Notes: generated by a model from the sequence alone, not told the origin. Counted from the stretch's first letter, positions 49,931 to 60,232 are shown. The stretch is 64,000 bases of DNA from an uncultured Flavobacteriales bacterium (GCA_913063375.1 CAJXXR010000002.1:44448-108447); one strand, 5' to 3'. Translations and numbers: made by a program.

Positions 49931-51178
49931 ATGAGAATTTTTAAATTTGGTGGGGCTTCCGTAAAAGATGGAGCTTCGGTAAAAAATGTGTCACAAATCA
50001 TCCGCAGCTACAAGGAAGACAAAATGTTGATTGTAGTTTCTGCGATGGGAAAGATGACCAATGCCTTCGAAAACCTTATCGAGTCTTACTGGTTGACAGA
50101 TATATTGGAAGAGAAAAAATTGACTGTCATTTATTCCTTCCATCACAAGATCCTAACGGAGCTATTCCCCTTAAATCACATTGCTTTTACCGATTTTGAG
50201 AAGAACTTTGAGCTTTTACGCTCTGCTGTATTCAAGGGGAAGGGTGACTCCTATCCTGCGTATTATGACCAAATTGTATCCTTTGGAGAGTTATTTTCAA
50301 CAAGATTGATACATTATTATTTGGAAGAGGATGGCTTGTTTAATACTTGGTTGGACGCAAGGAAATTAATTATTACCAATTCCAATTTCCAAAATGCAGA
50401 CGTGGATTGGGACAAAACAACTGAAAGGGTTCATGAATTCGTTGGGGAACACGGAATATATCTTACCCAAGGTTTTGTAGCAGGTGATGTGCTAGGAAAT
50501 ACAACTACTTTAGGGAGAGAAGGCTCTGATTATTCTGCAGCTATTTTAGCCTATGTTTGTGATGCAAAAAGAATGACCATTTGGAAGGATGTGGATGGGT
50601 TTTATAGTGCAGACCCTAACCAATTTGACCAGGTCAGCAAGTTTGAAAAATTGTCATTTCATGAGGCAATTGAACTGGCTTATTACGGTGCTACAGTTGT
50701 ACATCCTAAAACAATTCAGCCTTTGAGGCAAAAGGGAATCCCGCTTTGGGTGAAGTCATTTGTTGAGCCTGAAAAAATGGGAACTATTATTTCATCTGAT
50801 GAGGACATTGTACCCGAAGTACCTGCTTTCATAGTCAAGAAAAACCAATTTCTTATTTCCATCTCTACACGCGACTTTTCATTTATTGTAGAGAAAAACT
50901 TGAGTAAAATATTCAATATCTGTGCTGAAATTGGAGTGAAAGTAAATTTAATGCAGAATACCGCAGTATCTTGTTCTTTGGTTTTATCCCACGATACTGT
51001 AAAGATTCCACAGCTGATGGAAGTACTACGGCAAGATTATGATGTCAAATATAACGAAGGCCTAGATTTGTATACTGTACGGCATTATACAGAAGAGATT
51101 ATTCAAGAGATAAAAGGGAATCACAGGATGGTGATAGAGGAGCGTAACCAAAGAACCGTTCAGCTACTGCTAAAGTGA
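49931..51178 (+). CDS. lysC: Aspartate kinase
   Basis: FKFGGASV, VVSAMGK, TLGREGSDYSA, IWKDVDG, VHPKT. Confidence 0.92.
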   Translation: MRIFKFGGASVKDGASVKNVSQIIRSYKEDKMLIVVSAMGKMTNAFENLIESYWLTDILEEKKLTVIYSFHHKILTELFPLNHIAFTDFEKNFELLRSAVFKGKGDSYPAYYDQIVSFGELFSTRLIHYYLEEDGLFNTWLDARKLIITNSNFQNADVDWDKTTERVHEFVGEHGIYLTQGFVAGDVLGNTTTLGREGSDYSAAILAYVCDAKRMTIWKDVDGFYSADPNQFDQVSKFEKLSFHEAIELAYYGATVVHPKTIQPLRQKGIPLWVKSFVEPEKMGTIISSDEDIVPEVPAFIVKKNQFLISISTRDFSFIVEKNLSKIFNICAEIGVKVNLMQNTAVSCSLVLSHDTVKIPQLMEVLRQDYDVKYNEGLDLYTVRHYTEEIIQEIKGNHRMVIEERNQRTVQLLLK

Positions 51179-51199
51179 TTTTAATTTTCCCTCAGTTTT

Positions 51200-52063
51200 T
51201 TAGTAGCTATCTGGTATATCTTGATCTATCACCAAGATAAAGTCAGCCAGACCTTCATATTCTTCTTTCCATGTAAGATCTTCACTTTCTTCTGTATGGA
51301 AGCTTAGTGTTTTCAAATTTGGATTCGCCTTTAGTAGATACCAAATAATAGCTTCTTTATAAATGCTGTGTTGGTTCCCGTTCAGGTGAATAAACAAATC
51401 TCCCTGAGTATAGTTTTTTAGAATGAAATGTGCCATCGTAGCGTCTTTGATAGCCTGAGATTTCGCTAGGTTTTCTCCTCCATGGCCAGTCATAGCCAGT
51501 AGCCCTTGGTAGCATTCCAATTCTCTAGGGAATTCAAATGGCAATGGGCAGATCCATTCCTTTGCAGATGGACTTAATTCATCAAATAGACTATCTCCCT
51601 TGTAGTAAAGTGCCGAAGCATATCGCCTTGGAATATTAGTTCCTATAAATGGTATGTCATTACTTTTGGCATACTCAAGAATGGGCTTATAGTCTGTATT
51701 GTAGTTGTTCCATAAGCGCACTTCGCCTTCAAAACTTTTGGTATTTATCAGTCCTTGGAAATATTCATCAATCAAGATTTGATTGTCTGCTTCAAACATT
51801 TCAGCACCAATTTTTAGATTTTGGTTACTGTCATCCAGTGCACTAATTAGTTCAAATTGGATCCAATGAGATAGGGCATTATTATGCAATTCTCCCATCA
51901 GGATAATATCCTGATCTTGACTTTTCTTAATGACTTTTTTCCAATGTACTTCTTTCCCTTTTTGATTATAAATTTTAAACGCTTTTAGCTGTCTATTTTG
52001 GCTATAGGCGATGCTTGAAAGGCAAAAAAAGACAAGCGTTAGGGAATAGAAAATTGTTTTCAT
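51200..52063 (-). CDS. ChaN-like (Tiki-superfamily, putative haem-uptake) exported protein
   Basis: LMGELHNN, GAEMF, WNNYNTDYKP, NIPR, DATMA, NGNQHS. Confidence 0.75.
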   Translation of the reverse strand: MKTIFYSLTLVFFCLSSIAYSQNRQLKAFKIYNQKGKEVHWKKVIKKSQDQDIILMGELHNNALSHWIQFELISALDDSNQNLKIGAEMFEADNQILIDEYFQGLINTKSFEGEVRLWNNYNTDYKPILEYAKSNDIPFIGTNIPRRYASALYYKGDSLFDELSPSAKEWICPLPFEFPRELECYQGLLAMTGHGGENLAKSQAIKDATMAHFILKNYTQGDLFIHLNGNQHSIYKEAIIWYLLKANPNLKTLSFHTEESEDLTWKEEYEGLADFILVIDQDIPDSY

Positions 52064-52070
52064 AGTAGCG

Positions 52071-53012
52071 TTATGCTTGGTAGTGATCCAATATTTTATT
52101 GGCTAGTACATTGGATAATTTGAAATAGGATTCCTCCGACCAACCTGCAACATGTGGACTCAAAATTACTTTGGGTGAACCTATAAGGAATTCAAAATCT
52201 TCATTTAATTCCTGTTGAAAAACCTTTTCAAAAGAGCTCTTTTCATATTCTAAAACATCCAAACATGCACCTAAAATTTTCCCATTCTTTAGGGCTTGAA
52301 TAAGCGCATTGGTTTTTATCACTTTCCCTCTTGCGGTATTGATGATATAGGCAGGTTTCCCTAGAGAATTGATGAAATCCTCGTCCACATAGTGAATGGT
52401 GTCCTCCTCTTGTGGGACATGAAAACTAATGATATCGGCCCTGGATTGAATTTCCTCTAGACTGACCTCCCTAGCAAATTTATCAGAATAGCTTTTCTTG
52501 TATTTATCGTAGGTTATTACTTCGCATTCAAAGCCTTGAAGTCTTTTTGCGAATGCCTGGCCCATATGTCCATAACCAATTATTCCAACTGTCTTCCCCT
52601 TTAATTCTCGACCTCTATTGGCCTCTCTGTTCCAAATCCCTTTACGGATTTCAAGGTCTGCCCAAGTTAGTTTATTGAATAAAGATAGTATCATGGCTAA
52701 TGCATGCTCACCTACAGCATCCCTATTACCTTCTGGAGCACTAAAACATTCAATGTTTTTAACAGCCGCATAGTCTAGGTCTATGTTTTCAAGCCCAGCA
52801 CCAGATCTGGCAATAAATTTCAATGAAGTGGCTTTATCTAAAAATTCTTTATCAACAGGTATCTTGCTTCTAATTACAAGACCATCATATTCTGCTATGC
52901 AAGCATGAATTTCTTCTTTGGTAAGCTGTGTTTTTATATCACATTGAAAGCCTAATTTCTCAAGCCTTTCTTGAAGAATAGAATGAACCGAATCAATAAA
53001 AATAATTTTCAT
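52071..53012 (-). CDS. D-2-hydroxyacid dehydrogenase (SerA-like)
   Basis: ARSGAGLENID, GIIGYGHMG, INTARG, LDVLEYE, SPHVAG. Confidence 0.92.
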   Translation of the reverse strand: MKIIFIDSVHSILQERLEKLGFQCDIKTQLTKEEIHACIAEYDGLVIRSKIPVDKEFLDKATSLKFIARSGAGLENIDLDYAAVKNIECFSAPEGNRDAVGEHALAMILSLFNKLTWADLEIRKGIWNREANRGRELKGKTVGIIGYGHMGQAFAKRLQGFECEVITYDKYKKSYSDKFAREVSLEEIQSRADIISFHVPQEEDTIHYVDEDFINSLGKPAYIINTARGKVIKTNALIQALKNGKILGACLDVLEYEKSSFEKVFQQELNEDFEFLIGSPKVILSPHVAGWSEESYFKLSNVLANKILDHYQA

Positions 53013-53023
53013 GCGCTAAAAAA

Positions 53024-54370
53024 TCAAGTTAATAATAGCCATTGGGCTATGTAAAAATAGATACATAGGCCAAAAACATCATTGGCAGTAGTGATGAAAG
53101 GGCCAGTAGCAAGGGCCGGGTCAATTTTGTATTTGTTTAAGCTCAATGGGATCAATGTGCCAAATAATGCGGCAAATACAATCACACATAAAAGGGCAAT
53201 ACTTATGGTTTGTGCAAAGGCCAAATTATCCTTCATAAAAAAGGAAACGGCAAAAATAATGGCAGAACAAACACCTCCATTTATCAGTGCTACAAATAAT
53301 TCTTTGGTAAGTCTTTTGGATAGTGTAATATGACCAAGCGTGTTTCCAGCTAAGCCTTGTACAATAATGGCTGAGGATTGTACCCCAACATTTCCACCCA
53401 TGGCAGCAATAAGGGGAGCGAACAATGCCAATTGAGCATTTTTTTCAATGTCAAAATACCCCATTATTTGTGCGCCTAAGATTCCTCCTAATAGCCCTAT
53501 TAATAGCCAGGGTAATCTTGCCCTGGTTAAAACGCCAACATTATCTGAAGATTCAATATTTTCAGAAATCCCAGAGGCCATTTGGTAATCCTTTTCTGCT
53601 TCTTCCGTCAAGACATCTACCGCATCATCAATGGTGACTCTACCAATAAGGCGATTTAGTTCATCGACAACAGGTAAAGCTACCAGATCGTATTTCTGCA
53701 TGGTAATGGCCACGTCTTCCTTTGAGGTGGATGCTTTTACTGAAATGACCTTTTCATTAAAGATCTCAGATACAAGGGTCCTTTCAGAACTCAATAATAA
53801 CCGCTTTAGGGACATCGTACCACAAAGTACTTCATTCTCATCTACTACATAAATGGTATAGACATGTTCTACTTCCTCGGCTTGCTTACGCATCTCTCTA
53901 ACACAACGCAATAAGGACCAGCTTTTATAAACATGGATCAACTCCTTGGCCATAAGACCACCGGCAGTATCTTCTCCATATGAAAGTAGATCTACAATAT
54001 CACTTGCCTGGTCAATGTCTTCAACTTGGGAAAGTACTTCTTCCTTTTGTTCTTCGGACAAATGGGCAATGACATCGGCAGCATCATCGGAATCTAGATT
54101 GTCAAGATGCTCGGCAATCTCTTTCGAGGAAAGCTCACTTAATAACCTCTCTCGTACGTCTTCTTCTAATTCCTTAAGAATGTCTGCAGCAATATCCTCT
54201 TCCAATAGTTCGAAAAAGAATTTCGCATCATCATAGTGAAGTTCATCTAGAATTTCAGCAATATCAGCCCAGTGCACTTGAGTACTAAAAGTTATCAGTG
54301 CCTCTCGATTTTCAGTCTCGACCCAATCTTGGATCTGAGCAATTAAGTCCTTGTTTAATTCAAACTTCAT
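53024..54370 (-). CDS. mgtE: Magnesium transporter MgtE
   Basis: DDAAD, CBS pair, RLPWL, AMGGNVG, DPALATGPFITT..D. Confidence 0.96.
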   Translation of the reverse strand: MKFELNKDLIAQIQDWVETENREALITFSTQVHWADIAEILDELHYDDAKFFFELLEEDIAADILKELEEDVRERLLSELSSKEIAEHLDNLDSDDAADVIAHLSEEQKEEVLSQVEDIDQASDIVDLLSYGEDTAGGLMAKELIHVYKSWSLLRCVREMRKQAEEVEHVYTIYVVDENEVLCGTMSLKRLLLSSERTLVSEIFNEKVISVKASTSKEDVAITMQKYDLVALPVVDELNRLIGRVTIDDAVDVLTEEAEKDYQMASGISENIESSDNVGVLTRARLPWLLIGLLGGILGAQIMGYFDIEKNAQLALFAPLIAAMGGNVGVQSSAIIVQGLAGNTLGHITLSKRLTKELFVALINGGVCSAIIFAVSFFMKDNLAFAQTISIALLCVIVFAALFGTLIPLSLNKYKIDPALATGPFITTANDVFGLCIYFYIAQWLLLT

Positions 54371-54485
54371 GGGCTATTCGTAGAGATTCAATAACAAATA
54401 TAGAAAATATGGATCAGAGAATTTGGGATTGGGAATGCAATTCAAAAAAAAATAGTCTTGCAGCCCTACTGACCCTATTCAAGTT

Positions 54486-55127
54486 TTAGTAAATTTTAAA
54501 AACCCTTTTCAGGATGGAGACTATACTTGTAGCCAAAATTGCGCCTATAAAAGCAAGAAAAATGTCCTTTTGTGCATCCCAAATATCTCCTTGTGTTCCT
54601 AGATAGGCATCTCCTTGTGCTTTAAAAAATAGATCAGCTACGGCCCATTCTATCAATTCGTAAAATCCACTGATAGATAAGGTAACCTCGATAGGAAGAA
54701 ACCAAGCCACCCATTTTTTGAAATTCAACCATTTAAGGAATAATTCACGCATAGGGTAGGCCAAAAGAAAGCCAAAGCTAAAATGAACGATACGGTCATA
54801 ATGATTCCTACTAGTATCGAAAACATCTTGTAGATAATAGCCTAATGGGTTTTCAGCATAGGTGTGTTGAGAACCATAAACATGCAGGCATAAATAAATG
54901 CAAATGAGTAAATAACTGAGGTCGCTAAAAGCAAATCGTTTATACGTAAAGGTTAGAAAGCCTATAAAAATAAAGACCAGTAAATTTTCCAATATCCAAT
55001 TGGCCATGTCCGTTGTCCCCAAAAGACTACTGGTCCACATCCCAAGGAAAACAAGTAGGAAACTCATTAGCCATAGGTTCTTTTTTAGAGGTGTTCGATA
55101 GGTTGAAATTGCCAAGCTAAATGCCAT
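54486..55127 (-). CDS. DUF2238/YjdF-like membrane protein
   Basis: NWILEN, RNHYDRIVHF, YELIEW, LGTQGDIWDAQKD. Confidence 0.85.
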   Translation of the reverse strand: MAFSLAISTYRTPLKKNLWLMSFLLVFLGMWTSSLLGTTDMANWILENLLVFIFIGFLTFTYKRFAFSDLSYLLICIYLCLHVYGSQHTYAENPLGYYLQDVFDTSRNHYDRIVHFSFGFLLAYPMRELFLKWLNFKKWVAWFLPIEVTLSISGFYELIEWAVADLFFKAQGDAYLGTQGDIWDAQKDIFLAFIGAILATSIVSILKRVFKIY

Positions 55128-55266
55128 GATTTTGTTTATTTTTTTATTCGGTACAATATAGGAATAAAATCATTGCCTTATTTGATGTCAATTTCTGTTA
55201 GAGATGAAGGAGTCTTACGCAACAAAAGATTATATTAGAAAAATAAATTTTAAAAAGGGAATTGAA

Positions 55267-55842
55267 ATGATTAAAAAATGTATGTTGATAATGGCCTTTA
55301 TGGGCCTAGTAGAGCAAGGAATTGCACAAGAAAAGGATAGTGTAGAACCAGGGGAGGTATTTTTAACAGGGTCTATGAAATTGGCAGGCATGAGTACTGA
55401 AAACAATACTGAAAGTATATTCGGGATAAACCTTGGAATTGGTTATAGAGTTGATGATGATGTTATAGTCGGGGTACAGGTGTCGTATGCAGACTACCAG
55501 ACTATCATGGTATATGGTGACGAATTCGTTTTAGATAATGGTGATGTTGAGCAATTTGCTATCGGTTTATTTTCCAGACAAAATATTGAGATAACGGATA
55601 GATTGAGCTTTGTTGCCAGAGAAGGTTTTATGATAATTAATGTTGAGGATGATGATGATAGTCAATCGAGTTTTGCCATAAATCTTATACCTATGATCAA
55701 TTATCAAATCACCAATACCTTGGGGGTTGATTTAAATTTTGGTGGATTCAATTATCAAAAGATCTCCGATGCTGATTTTTCCCTGTATTCATTGGATTTG
55801 AACCTCCAGAATATAAATGTAGGTGTCAATTTGAATCTATAA
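55267..55842 (+). CDS. Small outer-membrane beta-barrel protein, paralog 1
   Basis: Signal peptide MIKK..AQ, about 8 amphipathic strands, ends INVGVNLNL. Confidence 0.75.
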   Translation: MIKKCMLIMAFMGLVEQGIAQEKDSVEPGEVFLTGSMKLAGMSTENNTESIFGINLGIGYRVDDDVIVGVQVSYADYQTIMVYGDEFVLDNGDVEQFAIGLFSRQNIEITDRLSFVAREGFMIINVEDDDDSQSSFAINLIPMINYQITNTLGVDLNFGGFNYQKISDADFSLYSLDLNLQNINVGVNLNL

Positions 55843-55998
55843 AAAGAGAAAGATCAGCTTGTAAAACGCCATCGATTGCATTTGTATTTAATGGGGTTTT
55901 TAAATTATAGGCAAATTGATCTTTTGGTATTTGGAAGGAATTCAAGCGTATAACCTTCTTCAGGTAGTATGAATAATAAGCTTAATTTAAGGATTACA

Positions 55999-56565
55999 AT
56001 GATTAAAAAAAGCATGCTATTACTGGCTTTTATAGCTATGTTGACAAATGGTTTAGGTCAAGAATCTTCACAGAGGGAATTTGGAAGAATTTTTATTGCC
56101 GGGGGCTTAAATGTCACAAGTGTAAATAATAACAACAATATTGATAATACCTTTGGTATGAACTTAGCTCTTGGACGTGAAGTCTCGGATGAATTGGTTG
56201 TTGGATTACTAGTTACTTATGTCGAGTACTATGAAGTTAGTATCATATTTGGTGATCAAATTGATCCTACCCCAAATAAAATTGAACAGTTTGGTTTTGG
56301 GATTTTCGCCCGACAGAAATTTACAATAACAGATAAGTTGGATTTTGTTAGCCAGGTAAGTGTTCGGAAAATTCAGGAAGGTGGAGACTCCGGTCTAAAC
56401 ATAAATATATTACCAGTACTAAATTATCAAGTAACGAACACTTTAGGAATTGATGTCAATTTTGGTGGCTTGGTTTATCAAAATAATTCAGATACTGAGG
56501 TAAGTACTTATTTATTTGATTTGGATTTACAGAATGTAAATGTGGGGGTCAATTTTACCTTTTAA
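55999..56565 (+). CDS. Small outer-membrane beta-barrel protein, paralog 2
   Basis: Signal peptide MIKKS.., NYQVTNTLGIDVNFGG, C-terminal Phe (VNVGVNFTF). Confidence 0.78.
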   Translation: MIKKSMLLLAFIAMLTNGLGQESSQREFGRIFIAGGLNVTSVNNNNNIDNTFGMNLALGREVSDELVVGLLVTYVEYYEVSIIFGDQIDPTPNKIEQFGFGIFARQKFTITDKLDFVSQVSVRKIQEGGDSGLNINILPVLNYQVTNTLGIDVNFGGLVYQNNSDTEVSTYLFDLDLQNVNVGVNFTF

Positions 56566-56670
56566 TATTTACAATTCTTGTTTATATAATGCCGCTGGAT
56601 ACATTTGTATTCAATGGCATTTTTTATTGAGGTAAAGCCTTGTTATCTTGCAGAGACAATAGTAGAAATT

Positions 56671-57693
56671 ATGGAGATCAATTTGATAAGTGATACAGTT
56701 ACAAGACCTAGCCAAGGAATGTTGGATGCTATGCTATCAGCAAAGGTAGGAGACGATGTTTTTAAGGAGGACCCAACAGTAAATGCGCTTGAAAAGAAAG
56801 CGGCAGATTTATTTGGTATGGAGGCGGCTTTATATTGCCCTTCAGGAACTATGACCAATCAAATTGCCTTGAATTTACATACACAGCCTGGGGCTCAGGT
56901 TATCTGTGATAAGTGGGCGCATATTTATAATTTTGAAGGGGGAGGAGCCTCTTTCAATTCTGGATTGTCTTGTAGATTATTGGATGGAGACAGAGGAATG
57001 TTTACGGCTGCTCAAATGGTAGAAGCCATTAACCCTCCTGATTTTTACCATTCTCCTTTAACCGCATTAGTGGCAGTAGAAAATACGACTAATAAAGGTG
57101 GTGGTGCTTGCTGGGATATGAATGAAATGAAAGCGATAAAAGTGGCATGTGATCAACATGGTTTACCCTTTCACGTGGATGGTGCTCGTATTTTCAATGC
57201 ACTAGTGGCAAAGAGGGAAAGTGCCAAAGCCTATGGAGAAATGTTTGATACCATATCTATTTGTCTTTCCAAAGGGTTGGGGGCTCCAGTAGGATCCTTA
57301 TTGTTGGGCTCGAAGGAAATGATGAACAAGGCCCTTAGAATTAGAAAGATATTTGGTGGTGGTATGCGCCAGTCAGGATTCTTGGCGGCGGCTGGAATTT
57401 ATGCATTGGATAATAATGTGGATAGGTTAGCTGAGGATCATTCAAAAGCACAAATAATCGCTAGTGTATTGTCTGAATTACCCTTTATAAAAAAGGTAGA
57501 GCCTGTAGAAACTAATATTCTCATTTTTGAAGTTCAAGACAATATTGAGGTGACCGATTTTGTGGCTAAATTGGCTGCTAAAGGAATCCGAATCATCGGT
57601 ATGGGACAAGGTAAATTGAGGATTGTAACTCATTTGGATTTTACGGATGATATGTTGGAGGTGCTATTGAAAGAGTTGAAAGGCTTGTATTAG
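56671..57693 (+). CDS. ltaE: Low-specificity L-threonine aldolase
   Basis: SDTVT, VGDDV..EDPT, SGTMTN, DGARIFN, CLSKGLGAPVGS, GGGMRQ. Confidence 0.94.
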   Translation: MEINLISDTVTRPSQGMLDAMLSAKVGDDVFKEDPTVNALEKKAADLFGMEAALYCPSGTMTNQIALNLHTQPGAQVICDKWAHIYNFEGGGASFNSGLSCRLLDGDRGMFTAAQMVEAINPPDFYHSPLTALVAVENTTNKGGGACWDMNEMKAIKVACDQHGLPFHVDGARIFNALVAKRESAKAYGEMFDTISICLSKGLGAPVGSLLLGSKEMMNKALRIRKIFGGGMRQSGFLAAAGIYALDNNVDRLAEDHSKAQIIASVLSELPFIKKVEPVETNILIFEVQDNIEVTDFVAKLAAKGIRIIGMGQGKLRIVTHLDFTDDMLEVLLKELKGLY

Positions 57694-57724
57694 AATTTTA
57701 ACCTTTAGATTTAATAAATCAAAT

Positions 57725-58177
57725 ATGAAAACACTTTTTTATATCCTGGTATTTTTATTTTCACTGAATGCTTTCTGTTGTACTTGTACCCCTAAATGGT
57801 CTGTAAAAAAGAGCTTTAAACACTCAGAGGTTATTGTTTCCGTACGGGTTCTTGAAATATTGAATCCAATCACTCCAAACGATACGACTTATGCTGAGGA
57901 TGGGAGACGAATAATTAGATCTGCAGTCTTTGGTTATGCTAAAAAGGTTGAAATATTAGAAGTTTATAAAGGGAAAAATATTAAAAAAATAATGATCATT
58001 CAAGGGGAAGAAACTAATTGTGAGTTTCGCCTTCAGAAGGGGAGTGAATATTTAGTTTATGGCCGCATGAATGAAGAGGAGATTCAAATATATAATTGTG
58101 GAAGAACAGCCTTACGAGAAGGAAATCCGGATTTTGAGTATTTAAGTAAAAGGAAAAAGAAATTTAATTTTTCATAG
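57725..58177 (+). CDS. Secreted TIMP-like (N-terminal C-x-C) protein
   Basis: Signal peptide then CTC; EVYKG, NCEF.L..GSEYLVYG, NCGRT. Confidence 0.6.
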   Translation: MKTLFYILVFLFSLNAFCCTCTPKWSVKKSFKHSEVIVSVRVLEILNPITPNDTTYAEDGRRIIRSAVFGYAKKVEILEVYKGKNIKKIMIIQGEETNCEFRLQKGSEYLVYGRMNEEEIQIYNCGRTALREGNPDFEYLSKRKKKFNFS

Positions 58178-58243
58178 AAAATGCCAATCCTTAGTGGTAA
58201 GGATGAGGTTCAATCGATTGTAATGAATTAAAGGATAAAATTG

Positions 58244-58753
58244 ATGAGGAGTCTTAAATTTCTAATACTATTCCTACTTATTGCAAGTTGTTCGGACCAT
58301 GACTATATCCCATTTGAAGAATTTCAATTTGAGGAGGCGCGTATTGCCGATCAGGCTGAAGTTCGTATACTCTCTTTTTCGGGAGGAAAGAAATGTACTA
58401 CAACGGAAACGTATTATTATTCTGTGATTGCAATCGTAATTGGAACCGAAGATACTATTCGGATATTGTCTCCTTGCCAGTTATTTTCACAAAAGTATCC
58501 AACAGGTACATTTCATCTTGAAAATAATAAAAAAGACAGTCTTTTGGCAGCCTTAGGATTTGATTTTTATGATGCATCTATTGATCAAATTGTTGTGGTG
58601 ACCCCTGAATTACCTTTTCAGAAGATAGATTATAAAACAATTGTTGGCTCTATTGGATTTGACGATGAAGCAGGGGAAATTATAAAAGATGATTTGAAAA
58701 GAAAGAATATAGATACACTTTTATTAGAGCTTCCAAGAAAGATAATACCTTAA
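58244..58753 (+). CDS. Hypothetical lipoprotein
   Basis: Lipobox IASC; 169-codon ORF. Confidence 0.65.
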   Translation: MRSLKFLILFLLIASCSDHDYIPFEEFQFEEARIADQAEVRILSFSGGKKCTTTETYYYSVIAIVIGTEDTIRILSPCQLFSQKYPTGTFHLENNKKDSLLAALGFDFYDASIDQIVVVTPELPFQKIDYKTIVGSIGFDDEAGEIIKDDLKRKNIDTLLLELPRKIIP

Positions 58754-58847
58754 AAAGAATGCAAGACCCCATTCAAAATCAATTCGTAAATCGGGACCCT
58801 ATGGTTATCCGCTAAAAAGCTTATCTTAATAAGAAATTAAGCAAAAC

Positions 58848-59702
58848 TTGGAGGAGGATAACCATATAGTAGTCACCAAAATGTCTGGAGAGAAAGTTTC
58901 CTTTTCCTCCATGAAGTTGCGCTATTCCCTGGAGAAATCGGGGGCAGGGGCCAAGGATGTGGAGGATATCTTGACTACAATAAAGGCTATGCTTTATGAA
59001 GGGATTTCTACTAAAGAAATTTATGCCAAAGCCTTTTCCCTATTGCGGAAAAAATCACGGGCCAATGCCGCAAGGTATAAACTAAAAAGAGCGCTATTGG
59101 AATTGGGGCCTACAGGATATCCCTTCGAACAATATGTAGGCGAATTACTCAAATACCAAGGTTATGACGTTATTGTTGGAACAATAGTTCAAGGCCATTG
59201 TATACCACATGAAGTGGATGTGATTGCCAAAAAAAACAATACCCAGTTGATGGTAGAGTGTAAATTCCATACTAAGCAAACTAGGCATAGCGATGTGAAA
59301 ATCCCACTTTATATTCAATCTAGGTTTAAGGATATAGAAAAGGTATGGGCCAAATTGCCAGGGCATGAGGATACCTTTCACCAAGGATGGATAGTCACCA
59401 ATACGAGATTTACCACTGTAGCTTTAGAATATGGGCTATGTGCAGGACTTCAATTGGTAGGTTGGGATTATCCCAAACATGGCAGTCTAAAGGATAGGAT
59501 AGACATAGCAGGATTGCACCCCATCACTTGCTTGACCAGTATAACCAATAAAGAAAAAAGTACTCTTTTGAAACGAAAAAAAGTACTCTGTAAGGACCTC
59601 TGTGCCAATCCTCAATTGTTGTTTGAAATTGGTGCTAAAGAAAGTCGGCATGCGAAAATCTTAGCCGAAGCCGAAGCTGTATGTAAAACAAATGGAGATT
59701 AG
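58848..59702 (+). CDS. ATP-cone + Mrr-type PD-(D/E)xK nuclease domain protein
   Basis: N-terminal VTKMSGEKVSFS..KL..SL..SGA; GYPFEQYV, HEVDVIA..VECKFH, IVTNTRFT; TTG start. Confidence 0.8.
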   Translation: MEEDNHIVVTKMSGEKVSFSSMKLRYSLEKSGAGAKDVEDILTTIKAMLYEGISTKEIYAKAFSLLRKKSRANAARYKLKRALLELGPTGYPFEQYVGELLKYQGYDVIVGTIVQGHCIPHEVDVIAKKNNTQLMVECKFHTKQTRHSDVKIPLYIQSRFKDIEKVWAKLPGHEDTFHQGWIVTNTRFTTVALEYGLCAGLQLVGWDYPKHGSLKDRIDIAGLHPITCLTSITNKEKSTLLKRKKVLCKDLCANPQLLFEIGAKESRHAKILAEAEAVCKTNGD

Positions 59703-60232
59703 TTGTATATCTCTGCTTCTATAAAGGTGTCAATGTCTTTTTGTAAGGTAGGGTTAAGAATTTCACCATGTTTGTTTATAAGTATTCTAGTAGGCATACT
59801 TTCTGCAACCCAATCCAAGTAGGAGACCTCCTGGTTTGGAAAGACTTCATCAATATAATTACAGACTGCTATTCTATTACTTAGGGCATTTCCCCCAGGG
59901 CTATCCATATAATAGGAAAGGAAGCCTTCTTCTCTTTTACTCTTTACAGCATCTAATGAAATAGTTTCATCTGCAGCAATCAGTACTATTTGGCTGTTGA
60001 GGTTTCTGCTTTGGATACTATCTTTGATGGCTGTATAGTAATTTTCTATGGTTAGTTTAGAACCACCACACCAATCCGTCCAAAAAAGAAGATAGGTGTG
60101 ATCTTTCTGCTTATAAAGGTTTTTTAATTCGGAACTAGTTAGGATATATTCATCGGGTGCGTCAATGGCAGAATTGCAAGAAAGCAATCCGATTGAAAGT
60201 ACTAAATTTAACAGGCAGGCTTTTAATTTCAA
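59699..60232 (-). CDS. Thioredoxin-fold (TlpA-like) lipoprotein with CxxS motif
   Basis: Lipobox LLSC, FWTDWCGGS, MPTRILINKHGEI. Confidence 0.6.
   Translation of the reverse strand: MKLKACLLNLVLSIGLLSCNSAIDAPDEYILTSSELKNLYKQKDHTYLLFWTDWCGGSKLTIENYYTAIKDSIQSRNLNSQIVLIAADETISLDAVKSKREEGFLSYYMDSPGGNALSNRIAVCNYIDEVFPNQEVSYLDWVAESMPTRILINKHGEILNPTLQKDIDTFIEAEIYN

Noticed and set aside
54371-54485. M-box riboswitch upstream of mgtE
   Set aside because: Too short and no matching structure seen.
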